Origin: Sphingomonadales bacterium
Lineage (GTDB): Bacteria > Pseudomonadota > Alphaproteobacteria > CAZZKF01
Reading direction: 5' to 3'
NCBI GenBank assembly: GCA_046756385.1
Contig: JBHHWG010000001.1
Location: forward strand, 7,272-71,271
DNA: 64,000 bases
Below are positions 19,167 to 30,658 of this stretch, piece by piece (position 1 is the first letter of the stretch; each line of letters starts with the position of its first letter). The position numbers and the translations under genes are program-made. The notes below the pieces were generated by a model. The model searched no databases. It was not told where the DNA came from and saw nothing but the letters and a program-made list of their open reading frames with translations.

Positions 19167-20495
19167 ATGGTCAGTGAAGTCCTCATGCCGGCCTTGTCGC
19201 CGACCATGACCGAAGGCAATGTCGCGCGCTGGCTGGTCGCCGAAGGCGCAAAGGTCGCGATCGGCGACGTGATTGCCGAAATCGAGACCGATAAGGCGAC
19301 CCTGGAACTGGAGGCGACCGAAGACGGGGTGCTCGCCAGGATACTGGTGGCCGAAGGCACGGACGGCATCGCCATCAATACCCCGATCGCGGTGATCCTG
19401 GCTGACGGCGAAGACGACGGCGCGCTTGAGGCTTTCCAGACGCCCGCCGTGGAGGTTAGTGATAGCGTATCGGAACCGGCTGTGACTGTAGCGCCCCACC
19501 CGGAGACCCGGATTGTCACGCTCAGCGTGCGGGAGGCACTGCGGGACGCCATGGCCGAGGAAATGCGCCGCGACGACCGGGTATTCCTGATGGGCGAGGA
19601 AGTCGCCGAATATCAGGGCGCATACAAGGTCAGTCAGACACTGCTGGAGGAGTTCGGCGCGAAACGGGTGATCGACACCCCGATTACCGAGCATGGTTTC
19701 GCCGGGCTGGGGGTCGGCGCGGCATTTGGCGGCCTTAGGCCGATCGTCGAATTCATGACTTTCAATTTCGCCATGCAGGCGATCGACCACATCATCAATT
19801 CGGCGGCCAAGACGCTTTACATGTCGGGCGGGGTTCTCGGCTGTCCGATCGTGTTTCGCGGCCCGAACGGCCCGGCGGCGCGGGTTGCCGCGCAGCATTC
19901 CCAATGCTTCGCCGCCTGGTACGCACAGGTGCCCGGGCTCAAGGTGATCGCGCCATATTCGGCCGCCGACGCCAAGGGCTTGCTGAAATCGGCGATCCGC
20001 GACCCGAATCCGGTCGTGTTTCTGGAGCATGAACTGCTCTACGGCCACACCTTCGAAGTCCCGGATGTTGAGGATCACACGGTTCCCATCGGCAAAGCCA
20101 AAGTGGTTCGCGAGGGGGCGGATGTTTCGATCATCACTTTTTCCCAGCCGGTCGGCGCGGCGCTGGAGGCGGCCGAGCAACTGGCGAAAGAGGGCATCGA
20201 CGCCGAGGTGATCGACCTGCGCACGCTCCGGCCGCTCGATACCGAAACCATTCTCGCCTCGGTGCGTAAGACCAATCGGGCGGTTGCGGTCGAGCAGGGC
20301 TGGGCGTTCGGCGGTATCGGCGCGGAAATTGCGGCGCTTATCAGCGAGCAGGCGTTCGACGATCTCGATGCTCCGGTGGCGCGGGTCGCCGGCGCGGACG
20401 TGCCGATGCCCTATGCCGCCAATCTGGAACGCCTCGCGACGGTCCAGCCTGAACAAATCATCGCGGCCGCCAAGGCGGTCTGTTACCGCGACTAA
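19167..20495 (+). CDS. pdhB: pyruvate dehydrogenase E1 beta subunit with N-terminal lipoyl domain
   Basis: Start at the internal ATG after the AAGGCGGGGA RBS. Lipoyl motif [12 protein letters not shown], then the transketolase-like E1 beta body. Confidence 0.9.
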   Translation: MVSEVLMPALSPTMTEGNVARWLVAEGAKVAIGDVIAEIETDKATLELEATEDGVLARILVAEGTDGIAINTPIAVILADGEDDGALEAFQTPAVEVSDSVSEPAVTVAPHPETRIVTLSVREALRDAMAEEMRRDDRVFLMGEEVAEYQGAYKVSQTLLEEFGAKRVIDTPITEHGFAGLGVGAAFGGLRPIVEFMTFNFAMQAIDHIINSAAKTLYMSGGVLGCPIVFRGPNGPAARVAAQHSQCFAAWYAQVPGLKVIAPYSAADAKGLLKSAIRDPNPVVFLEHELLYGHTFEVPDVEDHTVPIGKAKVVREGADVSIITFSQPVGAALEAAEQLAKEGIDAEVIDLRTLRPLDTETILASVRKTNRAVAVEQGWAFGGIGAEIAALISEQAFDDLDAPVARVAGADVPMPYAANLERLATVQPEQIIAAAKAVCYRD

Positions 20496-20511
20496 CGCCA
20501 AAGGGGCCAAG

Positions 20512-21717
20512 ATGACCATAGAAATCACCATGCCCGCGCTATCGCCGACCATGACCGAGGGCAAGCTCGCGAAATGGTTGGTCCGGGAAGGCGACGCGGT
20601 CGCGGCGGGCGACGTGATCGCCGAGATCGAGACTGACAAAGCGACCATGGAAATCGAGGTCACCGACGATGGGGTGCTCGGTAAAATCCTGGTCGCAGAA
20701 GGCGCCGAGGAAATCGCCGTCGGCAGCCCGATTGCGCTAATAGCCGAGGACGGCGAGGATATCGCCGATCTCAACGCGCCGGCTCCCGCGCCCAAGGCCA
20801 TGGAACCGGAATCACCTCAACCGGCCGCGCCAACAGCCGACACACCGGCCCAGGCCAAGACCGGCCGCGTTGCCGCCAGCCCCCTGGCGCGCCGTCTGGC
20901 CGGGGAACGGAGTATCAATCTCGCCGAGGTGACCGGCAGCGGACCGCGCGGGCGCGTCGTCAAACGGGATATTGAGGCTTTCGAACCCGCCGCCCCGGCA
21001 ACGACACCGAAATTGGCGGCGCTCGGACCGGCGGCCGAATTCGAGGAGATCAAACTGTCGATGATGCGCAAGACCATCGCGCGGCGATTGTCCGAGGCCA
21101 AGCGCGACGTTCCGCATTTCTATCTTACTGTGGACATCGAAATCGACGAATTGCTGGAGCTTCGAAAAAAGCTTAATGCCCGCGCCGACGGCTTCAAGCT
21201 GTCGGTCAATGATTTCATCATCCGGGCCATGGCGGTGGCGCTGGCGAAGGTGCCCGACGCCAATGTCCAGTTCGCGGGCGACAAGCTGTTGCGTTTCAAG
21301 CGCGCGGATGTCTCAGTCGCGGTGGCGATCGAAGGCGGGCTGGTGACCCCGGTTGTGCACGCGGCTGAAACGAAGGGCCTGCGCCAGATTTCAGGGGAGA
21401 TGAAAGCCCTTGCCGAAAAGGCCCGCGCCGGTCGCCTGACGCCGGAGGATTATGAGGGCGGCGCCATCAGCCTGTCGAACCTCGGGATGTTCGGTATCAA
21501 GAACTTCGACGCGGTGATCAATCCGCCCCAGGCCGCGATCCTGGCGGTCGGCGCCGGGGAGCAGCGCGCGGTGGTCAAAGACGGCGCGCTTGCCGTGGCC
21601 ACTGTCATGAGCGCCACGATGTCGTGCGATCACCGGGCCATAAACGGCGCCACCGGCGCGCAATATCTCAACGCGGTCAAGGATCTGCTCGAAGATCCGC
21701 TGAGGCTGCTCATTTAG
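20512..21717 (+). CDS. pdhC: dihydrolipoamide acetyltransferase (PDH E2)
   Basis: Start at [14 protein letters not shown]. Lipoyl domain, peripheral subunit-binding domain, and catalytic DHRAINGA motif. Confidence 0.9.
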   Translation: MTIEITMPALSPTMTEGKLAKWLVREGDAVAAGDVIAEIETDKATMEIEVTDDGVLGKILVAEGAEEIAVGSPIALIAEDGEDIADLNAPAPAPKAMEPESPQPAAPTADTPAQAKTGRVAASPLARRLAGERSINLAEVTGSGPRGRVVKRDIEAFEPAAPATTPKLAALGPAAEFEEIKLSMMRKTIARRLSEAKRDVPHFYLTVDIEIDELLELRKKLNARADGFKLSVNDFIIRAMAVALAKVPDANVQFAGDKLLRFKRADVSVAVAIEGGLVTPVVHAAETKGLRQISGEMKALAEKARAGRLTPEDYEGGAISLSNLGMFGIKNFDAVINPPQAAILAVGAGEQRAVVKDGALAVATVMSATMSCDHRAINGATGAQYLNAVKDLLEDPLRLLI

Positions 21718-21726
21718 GAGGCCGCC

Positions 21727-23127
21727 GTGGCCCAGGATAGTTACGACGTCATCATCATTGGTGGCGGACCGGGCGGCTATGTCGCCGCGATCCGCGCCGC
21801 GCAACTGGGGCTAAAAACCGCCGTGGTCGAGCGCCAGCATTTGGGCGGCATTTGCCTTAACTGGGGATGCATTCCGACCAAGGCGCTGCTCAGGAGCGCC
21901 GAACTGCACCATACCCTTAATCGTCTGGACGAGTTCGGGCTGAGCGCCGAGAACATCAGCTTCGATCTCCAAAAGGTCGTGGCCCGAAGCCGCGCTATCG
22001 CCGGCCAACTGAACAAGGGCGTGGGCCATCTTCTGAAGAAAAACAAGGTTCCGGTAATCGAAGGCCATGGCCGGCTCGCTGGCGACGGACGTTTGATCGT
22101 CGGGAATGACGGCAAAAGCCGCGAACTTGCCGCGAGAAACATTATCATCGCCACCGGCGCACGGGCCCGCGAGCTGCCGGATCTGGAGGCCGACGGCAAG
22201 CTGGTGTGGACCTATAAGCACGCCATGACCCCCGACCGCATGCCCAAATCGTTGCTGGTGGTGGGCTCGGGCGCAATCGGCATCGAATTCGCGGCCTTTT
22301 ACCGGATGATGGGCGCGGACGTAACGGTGGTCGAGGTTCTGGACCGCATCCTCCCGGTCGAGGACGAGGAAATCTCCGCCCTTGCTGAAAAATCCTTCAA
22401 GAAACAGGGGATGCGAATTCACACCGGGGCCATGGTCAAGGCGCTGGACAAATCCGCTGATTCCGTCACCGCGACAATCGAGCTGGCGGGCAGGAAGACC
22501 GAAAAACTGACCGTCGACAAGGTCATTATGGCGGTTGGCATTACCGGCAATGTTGAAGATTTGGGCCTTGATGAGGCCGGTGTGAAGATCGAGAACGACC
22601 ATATCGTTACGGATGAATGGGGCGGAACCGGCGTGGCCGGAATATACGCCATCGGCGACGTCGCCGGGCCGCCGTGGCTCGCCCATAAGGCAAGCCACGA
22701 AGGCGTCGCCTGCGTTGAACGCGTCGCCGGTTTCGAGGGCGCCCATCCGCTCGATAAGTCGAATATACCGGGCTGCACCTATTCCACGCCGCAAATCGCC
22801 AGTGTCGGCCTCACCGAGGCTCAGGCCAGGGAGCGCGGCCACGACATCAAGGTCGGACGGTTCCCCTATATCGGCAACGGCAAGGCAATTGCCCTGGGCG
22901 AGCCGGAAGGGCTGATCAAAACGGTGCTTGACGCGAAAACGGGTGAACTGCTGGGCGCCCACATGATCGGGGCCGAGGTGACCGAACTGATCCAGGGCTA
23001 CGCTGTCGCCAAAACCCTGGAAACCACCGAAGCCGAACTGATGCAAACCGTGTTCCCGCATCCCACATTATCGGAGATGATGCACGAAAGCGTGCTCGAC
23101 GCTTTTGGCCGCGCGGTTCACTTTTGA
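21727..23127 (+). CDS. lpdA: dihydrolipoyl dehydrogenase (E3)
   Basis: 466 aa with GGGPGGY FAD-binding motif and redox disulfide GGICLNWGCIPTK. GTG start after an AGGAGG RBS. Confidence 0.9.
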   Translation: MAQDSYDVIIIGGGPGGYVAAIRAAQLGLKTAVVERQHLGGICLNWGCIPTKALLRSAELHHTLNRLDEFGLSAENISFDLQKVVARSRAIAGQLNKGVGHLLKKNKVPVIEGHGRLAGDGRLIVGNDGKSRELAARNIIIATGARARELPDLEADGKLVWTYKHAMTPDRMPKSLLVVGSGAIGIEFAAFYRMMGADVTVVEVLDRILPVEDEEISALAEKSFKKQGMRIHTGAMVKALDKSADSVTATIELAGRKTEKLTVDKVIMAVGITGNVEDLGLDEAGVKIENDHIVTDEWGGTGVAGIYAIGDVAGPPWLAHKASHEGVACVERVAGFEGAHPLDKSNIPGCTYSTPQIASVGLTEAQARERGHDIKVGRFPYIGNGKAIALGEPEGLIKTVLDAKTGELLGAHMIGAEVTELIQGYAVAKTLETTEAELMQTVFPHPTLSEMMHESVLDAFGRAVHF

Positions 23128-23164
23128 AGCGGCTTGAGTGGTAAACTCCGGTCGGAGCGAGTAT

Positions 23165-24115
23165 ATGAACGCCATGAGCAACGCGAACACCCTCAAGAGC
23201 GATGCCAACACCCTCACGAGAGACGGCCGCCTGCGCAAGCCGTCCTGGATTCGGGTGCGGGCTCCGATGTCGAACGAGTATCAGCAAACCCGCGCCCTGA
23301 TGCGGGGATTGAAGCTTCATACCGTTTGCGAGGAAGCGGCGTGCCCCAATATCGGCGAATGCTGGAAACAGCGCCACGCCACCTTCATGATTCTCGGTGA
23401 AATCTGCACCCGCGCCTGCACCTTTTGCAATGTCGCGACCGGCAAGCCGGGAAGGGTCGATAGCCAGGAGCCGATGCATTGCGCCGAGGCGGTGGCCGAA
23501 CTGGGGCTAAATCATGTCGTGATCACCTCGGTGGACCGCGACGATCTCGCCGACGGCGGCGCTGACCAGTTCGTGCAGGTGATCCACAGAATCCGCGAGC
23601 TGTCGCCAGATACCACGATTGAGGTGCTGACGCCGGATTTTCTGCGTAAACCGGGCGCGCTGGAGGCTGTCGTGGAGGCCCGGCCGGACGTGTTCAATCA
23701 CAATCTGGAAACCGTTCCCAGGCTCTTTCCGTCGATTCAGCCGAGCGCGCGATATTTCCACTCGCTCCGGCTGTTGCAGCGGGTCAAGGAACTCGACCCG
23801 ACGATGTTCACCAAATCGGGGATCATGGTCGGTCTTGGCGAGGGTAAACTGGAAGTCCATCAGGTGATGGACGATATGCGCTCGGCCGATATCGACTTTC
23901 TCACCATCGGGCAATATTTACAGCCCACGGCGCGCCACGCTCCGATCGAGCGGTTCGTGACGCCGGAGGAATTCGCCGGTCACAAAAAAATGGCTTATGG
24001 CAAGGGCTTCCTGATGGTTTCGGCCTCACCGCTGACCCGTTCATCCTATCATGCCGGCGCGGATTTTGAAAAACTACGGGAAGCACGCCAGGCCAAGCTG
24101 GCGATGGCCCGATAA
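23165..24115 (+). CDS. lipA: lipoyl synthase
   Basis: Radical-SAM CxxxCxxC (CTRACTFC) plus the N-terminal [12 protein letters not shown] cluster. The ATG at 23165 follows a GGAGCGAG RBS; the ORF extends to a GTG at 23138. Confidence 0.85.
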   Translation: MNAMSNANTLKSDANTLTRDGRLRKPSWIRVRAPMSNEYQQTRALMRGLKLHTVCEEAACPNIGECWKQRHATFMILGEICTRACTFCNVATGKPGRVDSQEPMHCAEAVAELGLNHVVITSVDRDDLADGGADQFVQVIHRIRELSPDTTIEVLTPDFLRKPGALEAVVEARPDVFNHNLETVPRLFPSIQPSARYFHSLRLLQRVKELDPTMFTKSGIMVGLGEGKLEVHQVMDDMRSADIDFLTIGQYLQPTARHAPIERFVTPEEFAGHKKMAYGKGFLMVSASPLTRSSYHAGADFEKLREARQAKLAMAR

Positions 24116-24170
24116 GTTGGACCACCGATAAAGTCGGGTTGCAGATTTAGGTATCGGGCGGCTTGAAATC

Positions 24171-24629
24171 ATGCCCACGCACGCTGAAAAACGAACCATT
24201 CCGTACTCATGCGAGCAGCTTTTCGCTTTGGTCGCTGACGTCTCCAAATACCCCGAGTTCCTGCCATGGTGCGTCGGCTCGCGGATCACGCGGCGGGTGG
24301 AAAATACGGTTTATGCCGATCTGATCATCGGTTTCAAGGTGTTCCGCGAGCGTTTTTCGTCGCGGGTAACGCTGCATCATCCCAACCGCATAGACGTGGC
24401 TTACCTCAAGGGGCCGCTCAAATACCTCAATAATCACTGGCTGTTCATCGACAACGGAGATGGTTCCTGCACCATCGACTTCTATGTCGATTTCGAATTC
24501 CACAGCCACCTGTTCCAAAAGCTGGTGGGCCCGCTGTTCAACGAGGCAGTCCGGCGGATGGTCGCGGCGTTCGATGCCCGCGCCCACGAACTTTATGGCC
24601 CACCGGGGGTTATATCACCCGGCGAATAA
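24171..24629 (+). CDS. SRPBCC/RatA-like (COQ10/polyketide-cyclase fold) protein
   Basis: 152 aa; typical RatA/YfjG family sequence. This gene is commonly adjacent to lipA in alphaproteobacteria. Confidence 0.7.
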   Translation: MPTHAEKRTIPYSCEQLFALVADVSKYPEFLPWCVGSRITRRVENTVYADLIIGFKVFRERFSSRVTLHHPNRIDVAYLKGPLKYLNNHWLFIDNGDGSCTIDFYVDFEFHSHLFQKLVGPLFNEAVRRMVAAFDARAHELYGPPGVISPGE

Positions 24630-25104
24630 GGCCAAGCGCCGTCTGTACCGCCTTCAGTCGCACAATGCTACGGCCGATATCGCCAAATTCATGGACTTCG
24701 TGAACGCTGGCGCCATCGCGCCTGTGAGCCGCGAAATGGACCAGTCCCACCGGTTTTGTCGCCGTGCCGCCGCCCGGTCCGGCAATCCCGGTGACCGCCA
24801 CCGCGATGTCGGCATGCGATCGCTCAACCGCGCCCACGGCCATGGCGCGAGCCACAGGCTCGCTGACCGCGCCATGGGTTTGCAATAGTAAGACCGGGAC
24901 TCCCAGCAGCTCCATCTTTGCTTCGTTCGAGTAAGTCACGAAGCCGCGTTCAACCGCGGCGGAGGACCCGGCCACTTCGGTCAGGCAGCCCACGATCAGA
25001 CCGCCGGTGCAGGATTCGGCAGTGGCGATTTTCAAGCCTCCGGCCTTGGCCGCGTCCAGCACAGCCGCCGCCTGGTCGAGCAGGGCTTTTGAAAACTCAG
25101 GCAC
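24610..25104 (-). CDS. CinA C-terminal domain family protein (PncC-like nicotinamide-nucleotide amidohydrolase)
   Basis: 164 aa with the TAESCTGGL motif. Confidence 0.8.
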   Translation of the reverse strand: MPEFSKALLDQAAAVLDAAKAGGLKIATAESCTGGLIVGCLTEVAGSSAAVERGFVTYSNEAKMELLGVPVLLLQTHGAVSEPVARAMAVGAVERSHADIAVAVTGIAGPGGGTATKPVGLVHFAAHRRDGASVHEVHEFGDIGRSIVRLKAVQTALGLIRRVI

Positions 25105-25591
25105 CTTGCAGCGCCATCAGATATTGCGCGACCGCCATTCCGGCCATGCCATAAAGCGCCGCCAGAACATCGTCGACCATGACCCCAAGCCCGCCCTCGA
25201 TTGCGCGGTCGGCCAGATTGACCGGCCAGGGTTTGAAAATGTCGGCTACGCGGAACAAGACGAAACCCAATGCGTATAAAATAATATCAGGCGGAACGAA
25301 CAGCAGCACCAGCCATTGGCCGACCACCTCGTCGATCACGATTTCCGATGAATCCTTTTGACCGGCGAGCCGCTCGTAACGCCCGGCGGCCCACCAGCCG
25401 AGCGCGAAAAGCAGTAAGATCGCGGTACTAAGCCCCTCGGGACCGAATTGGCTTTGGATGATCCAGGCGATCGGTAACGCGGCGAGGGACCCCCAGGTGC
25501 CCGGCGCTTTTGGCAACAGGCCAACGCCGAACCAGGTCGCGGCCAATGTCGCGGGGTGTGTAATGGGGGGGCGGGCTGTCGGGTTGCTCAT
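25097..25591 (-). CDS. pgpA: phosphatidylglycerophosphatase A
   Basis: 164 aa with PgpA family motifs (PGTWGSL, DEVVGQW). Overlaps cinA by 8 nt. Confidence 0.8.
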   Translation of the reverse strand: MSNPTARPPITHPATLAATWFGVGLLPKAPGTWGSLAALPIAWIIQSQFGPEGLSTAILLLFALGWWAAGRYERLAGQKDSSEIVIDEVVGQWLVLLFVPPDIILYALGFVLFRVADIFKPWPVNLADRAIEGGLGVMVDDVLAALYGMAGMAVAQYLMALQGA

Positions 25592-26761
25592 TTAATTTTC
25601 CTGACTGGGCAGGCGGATGGTGGCGGTGGCCTGGGCCGCCAGCCCCTCCGACCGTCCGGTGAAGCCGAGATGTTCGGTCGTGGTGGCCTTGATGCTGACG
25701 CGCGATGGCGGCACACCCAGAATTTCTGCGACCCGCGCCTTCATTGCGTCCCGGTGCGGGCCGATTTTCGGCGCCTCGCAAATCAAGGTCACATCGATAT
25801 GGGCGACTCGCCCGCCGCGTTTGGCAACCAGATCGGCCGCATGGCGAAGAAACAGGCTCGACGCCGCGCCCCGCCATTTTTCGTCCGAAGGCGGAAAGTG
25901 ATCGCCGATATCGCCTTCTCCCAACGCTCCCAGAACCGCGTCGGTAATGGCGTGGAGGCCGACATCGGCATCGGAATGTCCGGCCAGCGCCGCCGTATGG
26001 GCGATCCTCACCCCGCACAGCATGACATGGTCGCCGTCGGTGAAGCGATGCACGTCGAATCCGCTGCCGACCCTGATATCGGTGAGCCGGCTTGAAAGCA
26101 GGCGCTCCGCGCGCTCCTGATCCTCGGTCATGGTCACTTTGAAATTTTCCTCGTCTCCCTCGACCAATGCAATCTTGAGTCCCGCATGCTCGGCCACGGC
26201 CGCGTCGTCGGTAAGCTCCAGGCCGATAACCTGGCGATGGGCCTCAAGTATTGCGTTGAAATGAAAGCCCTGGGGGGTCTGGGCGCGCCACAGGCCGGTC
26301 CGGTCCACGGTTTGCTCAACGAAACCGTCCCGACTCCGCTTGAGCGTGTCGCAGACCGCCAGCGCGGGCAGGGCGCAGGGTGCGCGGGCCAGCCCGTCGA
26401 TCACCCGGTCTATCAGGGCGGGTGACACAAAAGGACGCGCGGCGTCATGAATCAGAACAAATTTCGGCGCTTTCCGCCCGTCGGTTATCAGGCTTTCAAG
26501 GCCACGCAGGACCGATTCCTGCCGGCTGGCGCCCCCGTCTGCCGGTTCATCAAGATCCAGTCCGGCGACCGCCTCGTCGTATAGCGAACGATCCGCCGGG
26601 TTGATTACCACGACCACACGGTCAATCGCGGGATGGCCGGCGAACGCCGCGGCGGTGCGGTACAGCACCGGCTTGCCGGCGATTTCCACATACTGCTTGG
26701 GTAGTTCGCCGCCGAAACGCCGGCCCCGACCCGCAGCCACAATTATCGCCGCAACAGTCAT
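25592..26761 (-). CDS. ispDF: bifunctional 2-C-methyl-D-erythritol 4-phosphate cytidylyltransferase / 2,4-cyclodiphosphate synthase
   Basis: Start at MTVAAIIVAAGRGRRFG. The IspD N-terminal half and IspF C-terminal half (GHSDADV) are fused, as in alphaproteobacteria. Confidence 0.9.
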   Translation of the reverse strand: MTVAAIIVAAGRGRRFGGELPKQYVEIAGKPVLYRTAAAFAGHPAIDRVVVVINPADRSLYDEAVAGLDLDEPADGGASRQESVLRGLESLITDGRKAPKFVLIHDAARPFVSPALIDRVIDGLARAPCALPALAVCDTLKRSRDGFVEQTVDRTGLWRAQTPQGFHFNAILEAHRQVIGLELTDDAAVAEHAGLKIALVEGDEENFKVTMTEDQERAERLLSSRLTDIRVGSGFDVHRFTDGDHVMLCGVRIAHTAALAGHSDADVGLHAITDAVLGALGEGDIGDHFPPSDEKWRGAASSLFLRHAADLVAKRGGRVAHIDVTLICEAPKIGPHRDAMKARVAEILGVPPSRVSIKATTTEHLGFTGRSEGLAAQATATIRLPSQEN

Positions 26762-26970
26762 GATGAACGTCCCCCGATAGGCCCCGGCCTGTCTCGTCCG
26801 GGCACGGTGCAACCCTAAATCGCCTGCACCGGCTTGCCAAGCACAGTTGGGCCCAATTTTCGCTTGGAGCCGCTGTCGGGCCCGCGAACGCCTTGCTTCA
26901 AAGCGATCAATCGCGTACGGTCGTTTCCTTGGTGCCTATCTATTAGGCAGTTTTATCTGATGCCCAAGAA

Positions 26971-27972
26971 ATGACCAGCACACTTAAGCCTCTCGACCTC
27001 GGTGGGGTCACCATTGAAGACCCGGTTATCCTTGCGCCAATGTGCGGCGTGACCGATCTGCCTTACCGTCGACTCGTCAAGAAATACGGAGCCGGATTGG
27101 TGGTCTCGGAGATGATCGCCAGCCAGGCGATGATTCGCGCCAATCGCAAAACCATGCGCATGGCAAGCAACTGCGCCGAGGAATATCCGATGGCGGTTCA
27201 GCTCGCCGGATGTGAAGCCGGGGCGATGGCTGAGGCTGCCCGGTTAAATATCGACCGGGGCGCGGCGATCATCGACATCAATATGGGCTGCCCGGTCAAG
27301 AAAGTCGTCAACGGCTATTCCGGGTCGGCGCTCATGCGCGATCTGCCGCTGGCCACGAAGCTGATCGAGGCCACGGTCAAGGCGGCGCCGGCGCCGGTCA
27401 CGCTCAAGATGCGCACCGGCTGGGACGATGATTCCCGCAACGCGCCCGAGCTGGCGCGGATTGCCGAGAAAAGCGGTGTACGGATGATTACGGTGCATGG
27501 ACGCACCCGCTGTCAAATGTACAAGGGCCGGGCCGACTGGGACTTTGTCGGCGAAGTCAAGGACGCGGTCGGCTTGCCGGTTATCGTAAACGGCGATATC
27601 ACGACGCCGCGCGAAGCACGCGAAAGCATGGGTCGATCCGGGGCCGACGGGGTCATGATTGGTCGGGGCGTCTATGGCCGGCCCTGGCTTCTGAAACAGA
27701 TCATCCATTACTTGAAACATGGCACGGAACTCGCTGATCCGACAATTGAATTGCAAATGATGACGCTGCTGGAACACTTCGAGGACGTGATTGAGCATTA
27801 TGGCCCGGTGGTCGGCGTTCGCACGGCGAGAAAACATATCGGCTGGTACTCCAAGGGCCTTCCGGAGTCCGCCGAATTCCGCGGCCGCGTGTTTCATCTC
27901 AACGATCCGAATGAGGTCAAGGATGCGATCCGGCGGTTCTATGAGCCACTTGCGGAACGAGCCGCGGCATGA
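26971..27972 (+). CDS. dusB: tRNA-dihydrouridine synthase B
   Basis: 333 aa; NifR3/Dus TIM-barrel motifs (LAPMCGVTD, catalytic Cys region). First gene of the conserved dusB-ntrBC-ntrYX cluster. Confidence 0.85.
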   Translation: MTSTLKPLDLGGVTIEDPVILAPMCGVTDLPYRRLVKKYGAGLVVSEMIASQAMIRANRKTMRMASNCAEEYPMAVQLAGCEAGAMAEAARLNIDRGAAIIDINMGCPVKKVVNGYSGSALMRDLPLATKLIEATVKAAPAPVTLKMRTGWDDDSRNAPELARIAEKSGVRMITVHGRTRCQMYKGRADWDFVGEVKDAVGLPVIVNGDITTPREARESMGRSGADGVMIGRGVYGRPWLLKQIIHYLKHGTELADPTIELQMMTLLEHFEDVIEHYGPVVGVRTARKHIGWYSKGLPESAEFRGRVFHLNDPNEVKDAIRRFYEPLAERAAA

Positions 27973-29090
27973 AAGCGGACGCCGGGACGATGAAACCGGC
28001 GGCGAATCTGGCGCCGGTTGACGCCGACTTGATCCTGAGTTCGGTTCCCGATCCGATCCTGGTGATTGACACTGAAAACCGCATTCGATTCGCCAATCTG
28101 GCGGCGGAGACGATTCTGGGCGCCAGCTTCTCGACACTGCAAAAGGACTCCCTTGAAGCCCTGGTGCCGTTCGGCAGCCCGGTCCTGGCTCTTATCCAGC
28201 AGGTGCGCCGCTCAGGCCACTCAGTCTCGGAGTTCGGCGTCCATCTGGCCTCGCCGCGCATGGGCGATCACCTGGTCAATTTACATGTGGCCCCGGTCGG
28301 GGATGGCGACGATCTGATTGTGCTGTCGCTGCAGGAACGGAGTGTCGCCCAAAAGATTGGCGATCAGTTGATCCATCGCGGGGCCGCGCGTTCGGTTGCA
28401 GGAATGGCCGCGGTTTTGGCTCACGAGATCAAGAATCCGCTGTCAGGGGTGCGCGGCGCCGCCCAGCTTATTGAACAGAATGCCGACAGCGGCGACCGGC
28501 AACTGACAAGGCTGATTTGCGAGGAGGCAGACCGCATTTGCGCCCTGGTCGACAGAATGGAGATTTTTTCCGACCGGCAGCCGATCGAAAAAAAACCGGT
28601 CAACATCCATGAGGTGCTCGACCACGTTCGTGAACTGGCCCTGGCGGGGTTTGCCCGGACCATACGCTTTGTCGGGCATTATGATCCGTCCTTGCCCCAA
28701 GTGTGGGGCGACCGCGATCAGTTGGTGCAGGTTTTCCTCAACCTGGTCAAGAACGCCGCCGAGGCGGTATCGGCGGAAGACGGCGAAATCGTCCTGACCA
28801 CCGCCTACCGGCACGGGGTTCGGGTGAAGATACCGGGTACCGGGGAACGCCTGAGCCTGCCGATCGAGGTCTGCGTTTTCGACAACGGACCCGGCGTGCC
28901 CGAGGACCTGAAACCCTATCTGTTTGAAGCGTTCGTGTCCGCCAAAGCCGGAGGAACCGGTCTCGGGCTTGCGCTGGTGGCCAAGCTGATCGGCGACCAT
29001 GGTGGCATCGTGGAGTGCGAGAGCGAGCCGGGACAGACGGCCTTTCGGGTGTTGTTGCCTGCCATCAACCAGGCCGGGACAACGCCATGA
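27969..29090 (+). CDS. ntrB: nitrogen regulation sensor histidine kinase NtrB
   Basis: 373 aa with PAS, HisKA H-box (HEIKNPLSG) and HATPase. ATGA overlap with dusB. Confidence 0.85.
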   Translation: MKADAGTMKPAANLAPVDADLILSSVPDPILVIDTENRIRFANLAAETILGASFSTLQKDSLEALVPFGSPVLALIQQVRRSGHSVSEFGVHLASPRMGDHLVNLHVAPVGDGDDLIVLSLQERSVAQKIGDQLIHRGAARSVAGMAAVLAHEIKNPLSGVRGAAQLIEQNADSGDRQLTRLICEEADRICALVDRMEIFSDRQPIEKKPVNIHEVLDHVRELALAGFARTIRFVGHYDPSLPQVWGDRDQLVQVFLNLVKNAAEAVSAEDGEIVLTTAYRHGVRVKIPGTGERLSLPIEVCVFDNGPGVPEDLKPYLFEAFVSAKAGGTGLGLALVAKLIGDHGGIVECESEPGQTAFRVLLPAINQAGTTP

Positions 29091-30535
29091 CCGGACAGAC
29101 CATTCTGATCGCCGACGACGACCGGGCTATCCGAACCGTTCTTAGCCAGGCGCTGGGCCGGGCGGGTTACGAGGTGCGCGCCGCCAGCAATGCGGCCTCG
29201 CTGTGGCGCTGGATCGCCGCCGGTCACGGCGATTTGGTTATCACCGATGTGGTGATGCCGGACGAGAACGGCCTTGATCTGCTGCCCCGCATCCGCAAGC
29301 TGAGGCCTGAATTGCCGATCATCGTCATGAGCGCCCGCAACACTCTGATGACCGCGGTTACGGCGACCGAGAGAGGGGCTTACGACTATCTGCCAAAACC
29401 GTTTGATTTAGGTGTGTTAGCGCGTGTTGTTAAACAAGCGCTTGAGCCGCGAAAAGCAATCGGAGATAGCCCGCCGGTCGATGAAAACAGCAGCGACGAC
29501 ATGCCGATTGTCGGCCGGTCGCCAGCCATGCAGGCCCTGTTTCGGGTTTTGGCGCGCCTGATGCCAACCAATCTTACCGTGATGATCACCGGTGAGTCCG
29601 GGACCGGAAAAGAGCTGGTGGCGCGCGCGCTTCATGATTTTGGCAAACGGCGGCACGGACCGTTTGTGGCGATCAACATGGCCGCCATTCCGCGGGAGCT
29701 GATCGAGAGCGAACTGTTCGGCCATGAAAAAGGAGCCTTTACCGGCGCCGACAGCCGCCAAATCGGCCGCTTCGAGCAAGCCCAGGGCGGAACATTGTTT
29801 CTGGACGAAATCGGCGACATGCCGCCTGAAGCCCAGACCCGCCTGCTACGGGTGCTGCAGGAGGGTGAATATACCATCGTGGGGGGCCGGTCGCCGATCC
29901 GGGCCGATGTCCGCATTATCGCCGCCACCAACCAGGATTTGCGGGCGCTGATAAATCAAGGCCTGTTCAGGGAGGATCTGTTTTATCGCCTCAATGTGGT
30001 GCCGATCCGGCTGCCCGCGCTGAGGGAGAAGGTTGAGGATATCCCGGATCTGGCGAGTCATTTCCTTGACCTTGCCACCACGGAAGGGCTGCCGCGAAAA
30101 TCCCTTGGCGGCGCCGCCCTCAAGTGCCTCGTGCGGTACCGATGGCCGGGCAATGTCCGGGAACTCGAAAATTTGATGCGCCGAGTCGCCGCCCTTTATT
30201 CCGAAGACGTGATCGGGGCCGAGGTGATCGAGGCGGAATTGGCGCAGGTCGATCCGACGCCGGCCGACCAGAAACGGGACTTGGACTCAGAGAGCCTGGG
30301 CGAGGCGGTGGAACGCCATCTCGGACGATATTTCGCGGCCCACGCGGACGGCTTGCCGCCAAAGGGGCTGTATGCCAGGGTCATAAGGGAAATCGAGCGT
30401 CCGTTGTTGACAATTTCCCTGGCCGCGGCGCGCGGCAACCAACTGAGAGCGGCGGAGTTGCTGGGCCTGAACCGCAATACGCTACGAAAAAAAATTAGAG
30501 ACCTCGACATCACTATCGTTCGTGGCCTAAAGTGA
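29087..30535 (+). CDS. ntrC: sigma54-dependent response regulator NtrC
   Basis: Start at [12 protein letters not shown], in an ATGA overlap with ntrB. Receiver, AAA+ domain ([14 protein letters not shown]) and a Fis-type HTH. Confidence 0.85.
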   Translation: MTGQTILIADDDRAIRTVLSQALGRAGYEVRAASNAASLWRWIAAGHGDLVITDVVMPDENGLDLLPRIRKLRPELPIIVMSARNTLMTAVTATERGAYDYLPKPFDLGVLARVVKQALEPRKAIGDSPPVDENSSDDMPIVGRSPAMQALFRVLARLMPTNLTVMITGESGTGKELVARALHDFGKRRHGPFVAINMAAIPRELIESELFGHEKGAFTGADSRQIGRFEQAQGGTLFLDEIGDMPPEAQTRLLRVLQEGEYTIVGGRSPIRADVRIIAATNQDLRALINQGLFREDLFYRLNVVPIRLPALREKVEDIPDLASHFLDLATTEGLPRKSLGGAALKCLVRYRWPGNVRELENLMRRVAALYSEDVIGAEVIEAELAQVDPTPADQKRDLDSESLGEAVERHLGRYFAAHADGLPPKGLYARVIREIERPLLTISLAAARGNQLRAAELLGLNRNTLRKKIRDLDITIVRGLK

Positions 30536-30658
30536 TGCAAAATTGCAACATCGTGGCGATCGCAACCGCGGGGACCTAACCCGCTTGAGAGCGCGGGCGC
30601 GGCAGGGAACAAGCCACGACGAGGACCGGCCGAAAAACGGGTAGGGCAATCCAAAAGA

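Noticed and set aside
19110-20801. 563-aa minus-strand ORF, and the 416-aa minus-strand ORF at 21811-23061
   Set aside because: They are antisense to pdhB/pdhC and to lpdA. Both are Arg/Gly/Ala-rich artefacts of a GC-rich genome.
19113-21717. Long N-terminal extensions of the pdhB (19113) and pdhC (20284) ORFs
   Set aside because: The conserved lipoyl domains begin at internal ATGs (19167 and 20512) that have good RBSs. The upstream parts overlap the preceding genes and are not conserved-looking.
24610-24629. 20-nt convergent 3' overlap between the ratA-like gene and cinA
   Set aside because: It is probably just tight packing or a slightly mis-called stop. There is no evidence of a functional antisense arrangement.
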